A stretch of 64,000 nt of DNA from assembly GCF_009914755.1 (NCBI RefSeq), contig NC_060938.1. One strand, written 5' to 3'. The notes beneath the pieces were generated by a model, which worked only from the letters and a program-made list of their open reading frames with translations, did no database searches and was not told where the DNA came from. A program made the translations under genes and the position numbers. This DNA comes from the human T2T-CHM13v2.0 reference genome, Homo sapiens. Shown here in pieces: positions 61,630-64,000 of this stretch. Position 1 is the first letter of the stretch; the number at the start of each line of letters is the position of its first letter.

Positions 61630-62100
61630 ATTTATTTTTAATTTTTATGGATACATAGTAGGTGAATATGTTTATGGAGTACATGAGATATTTTGATACA
61701 GGCATTCAATGCATAACAATGACATCACGTAAAATGGGGTATCCATCCCCTGAAACATTTATCCTTTGTGTTACAAACAACCCAATTATACACTTTTAGT
61801 TATTTAAAAATGTACAATTAAATTATTATTGACTGTAGCTACCCTGTTGTGCTATCAAATACTAGGTCTTATTTATTCTTTCTATTTTTTTGTACCTGTT
61901 AAACATCCCTCCTCTCCCCGACCCTCCCACTATCGTTCCCAGCCTCTGGAAACCATCCTTATCTTCTACTCTCTATCACTATGAGTTCGATTGTTTTGAT
62001 TTTTAAATCCCACAGATAAGTGAGAACATGCAATGTTTGTCTTTCTTGCCTGGCTTATTTCACTTAGTGTAATGATCTCCAGTTCCATCCATGCTGTTGC
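61630..62100 (-). mobile_element. L1MA 3' end
   Basis: tttttatggatacatagtagg...cccacagataagtgagaacatgc...ccagttccatccatgctgttgc; resumes aaatgacaggatctcattc after the LTR. Confidence 0.8.
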
Positions 62101-62706
62101 TCTAACCCAAAAGCATGTGAGACGGGTCTCAATCAATTTAGAAAGTTTATTTCCCAAGGTTAACAACATATCTGTGACACAGCCTCAGGAGGTCCTGACA
62201 ACATGTGCCCAAGGTAGCTGGGGAACAGGTTGCTTATATACAGTTTAGGGAAACATAATACATCAATCAATACATGTAAGATTTACAGTGGTTTGATCTG
62301 GAATGGCAGTACAACTTGAAGGGGAGCTTCCAGATCATAGGTAGATTAAAAAATTTTCTGATTGGCAATTGTTTATCAATAGAAAGCAATATCTGGGGTA
62401 TAATAAGGGGTTGTGGAGGCCAAAGTTTTATCATACAGATGAAGCCTCCACATAGCAGGCTTCAGAGAGAATAGATTGTAAATGTTTTTATCAGACTGAA
62501 AATATGTGTTGATGTTAATGCCAGTCAGCCCTTAAATTCCAAAAGGGAAATCCAAAAGGGAGGGGGGTATAAATGAGGCATGTCCAATCACCCCTTCCCA
62601 TTGTGGCCCGAACTATTTTTTCAGGTTAACTTCGGAATGCCCTTGGCTGAGAGAAGGGGTCCATTCAGATGGTTGGAGGCCTGAGAATTTTGTTTTTGGT
62701 TTATAT
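62101..62706 (-). mobile_element. MER4-family LTR inserted in L1MA
   Basis: Reverse complement begins t(a)taaaccaaaaacaaaattct; internal gacacagcctcaggaggtcctgacaacatgtgcccaagg. Confidence 0.7.
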
Positions 62707-63159
62707 TACAAATGACAGGATCTCATTCTTTTTTGAAGCCATGATGTTCTTATTCCACAGTACAGAGATGCTCAGGGACTTGCCAGGTGAGTGTGAAGTT
62801 GCTATATTTTAAATGGTTGAGTATGGAAATTGTGACATGGCACAGAGTTTTGCTTTTCATTCACCATTTTATCTTTCAATATCCAGAACAAAAGGTGAAC
62901 TTCCTTTTGTAAGCATATCTTCTTGCATACTTACTGCTCTTTCAACTTGGTAATTTTAAAGTAGTTTCCCTGGAGTCAGCACTCTGTGCTGATTATTTTC
63001 TCTCCTTTTTAAGTGCTTCATTTAGGAAGGAGGAGATTTATTAGGATGCTGGATGGCTTAGAACAATGGCATGCTCATGTACAGTCTAGTAACCTTGTCA
63101 GGAAAACTGAAGAAAGGAGAGTGAATAACTCAAATTCCTTAGTAGTTTTTACAGAACTA

Positions 63160-63453
<294 letters not shown>

Positions 63454-64000
63454 GTAAAGAACTATTAAGGAGGAACAAAATGCTAGGTCTACTTGGAAAG
63501 TCCTATTTATTTTTTGTTTTTCCCACTTATAAAGACCAATTCTTATTCTTTTGATTCTTAAATTCTGCAAATCCACATTATAAATCTTCAAAATTGATGA
63601 AATAGTAACTTTTGCCAATTCTTCCAAATGATGTTATTTTAGTTTTTACTCTTATTCCAGTTTCATATGGTTGTACAGTTGGAATATTAGAAACGAATTC
63701 TTATCTGTTTAACACTGCCATAATTAAGTGTGTGCAAAATTTAGCAATGTCTGGCCCCTGAAGACATTCTAATTAAGTATTGTAATGGGAATAAAAAGGT
63801 CGAAGGGCATGTGATAGATATATGACTTCTCCTGGTTAGGAAGAAAAAAAATGTACAAACACTTTTTAAGCTTCTTACTTGAAGCCTTTAAGGTTAATAA
63901 TGACTTGAAGAAACGTAAAGAGAAAGAGGAGGAGGAGGGTTGGGCTTTTTTGTTGTGTACCTCCTGATGCTGTCATGAGTAAGAGGAATAGGAATTTGAA

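Overview
This window is human (primate) genomic DNA from the 5' (distal) part of the T-cell receptor alpha/delta (TRA/TRD) locus, 14q11.2. All V genes lie on the + strand: TRAV4 (V-exon only, leader is upstream of the window), TRAV5, TRAV6, TRAV7 and TRAV8-1, each ending in a 23-bp-spacer recombination signal (RSS). Two heavily decayed V relics are also present: a TRAV12-like one at ~1.46-2.07 kb and a TRAV9-like one at ~55.05-55.55 kb. A full-length RPL4 processed pseudogene sits just 3' of TRAV5. The rest is mostly transposon-derived: a 12.5-kb L1 cluster, many Alus, ERV LTRs (LTR8, MER41A, MER52A, THE1, LTR1-like, LTR7, MER4) and old L2/MIR/MER elements. Nearly all other ORFs in the track are repeat-derived or spurious. 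I see no wholly new biological system. The most noteworthy observations are: (i) a co-oriented CTCF-like motif ~200-330 bp upstream of each intact V start codon in view; (ii) an antisense L1 with a 3' transduction whose insertion apparently deleted its target; (iii) seven shared non-consensus substitutions between two inverted L1s of different subfamily, suggesting gene conversion; (iv) a 28-bp perfect fold-back duplication at an Alu tail; (v) a possible cap-derived G on the RPL4 retrocopy; (vi) an Arg-rich upstream in-frame extension of the TRAV6 leader. Gene and repeat names and consensus comparisons come from recalled sequences, not from a database search; repeat boundaries are approximate.
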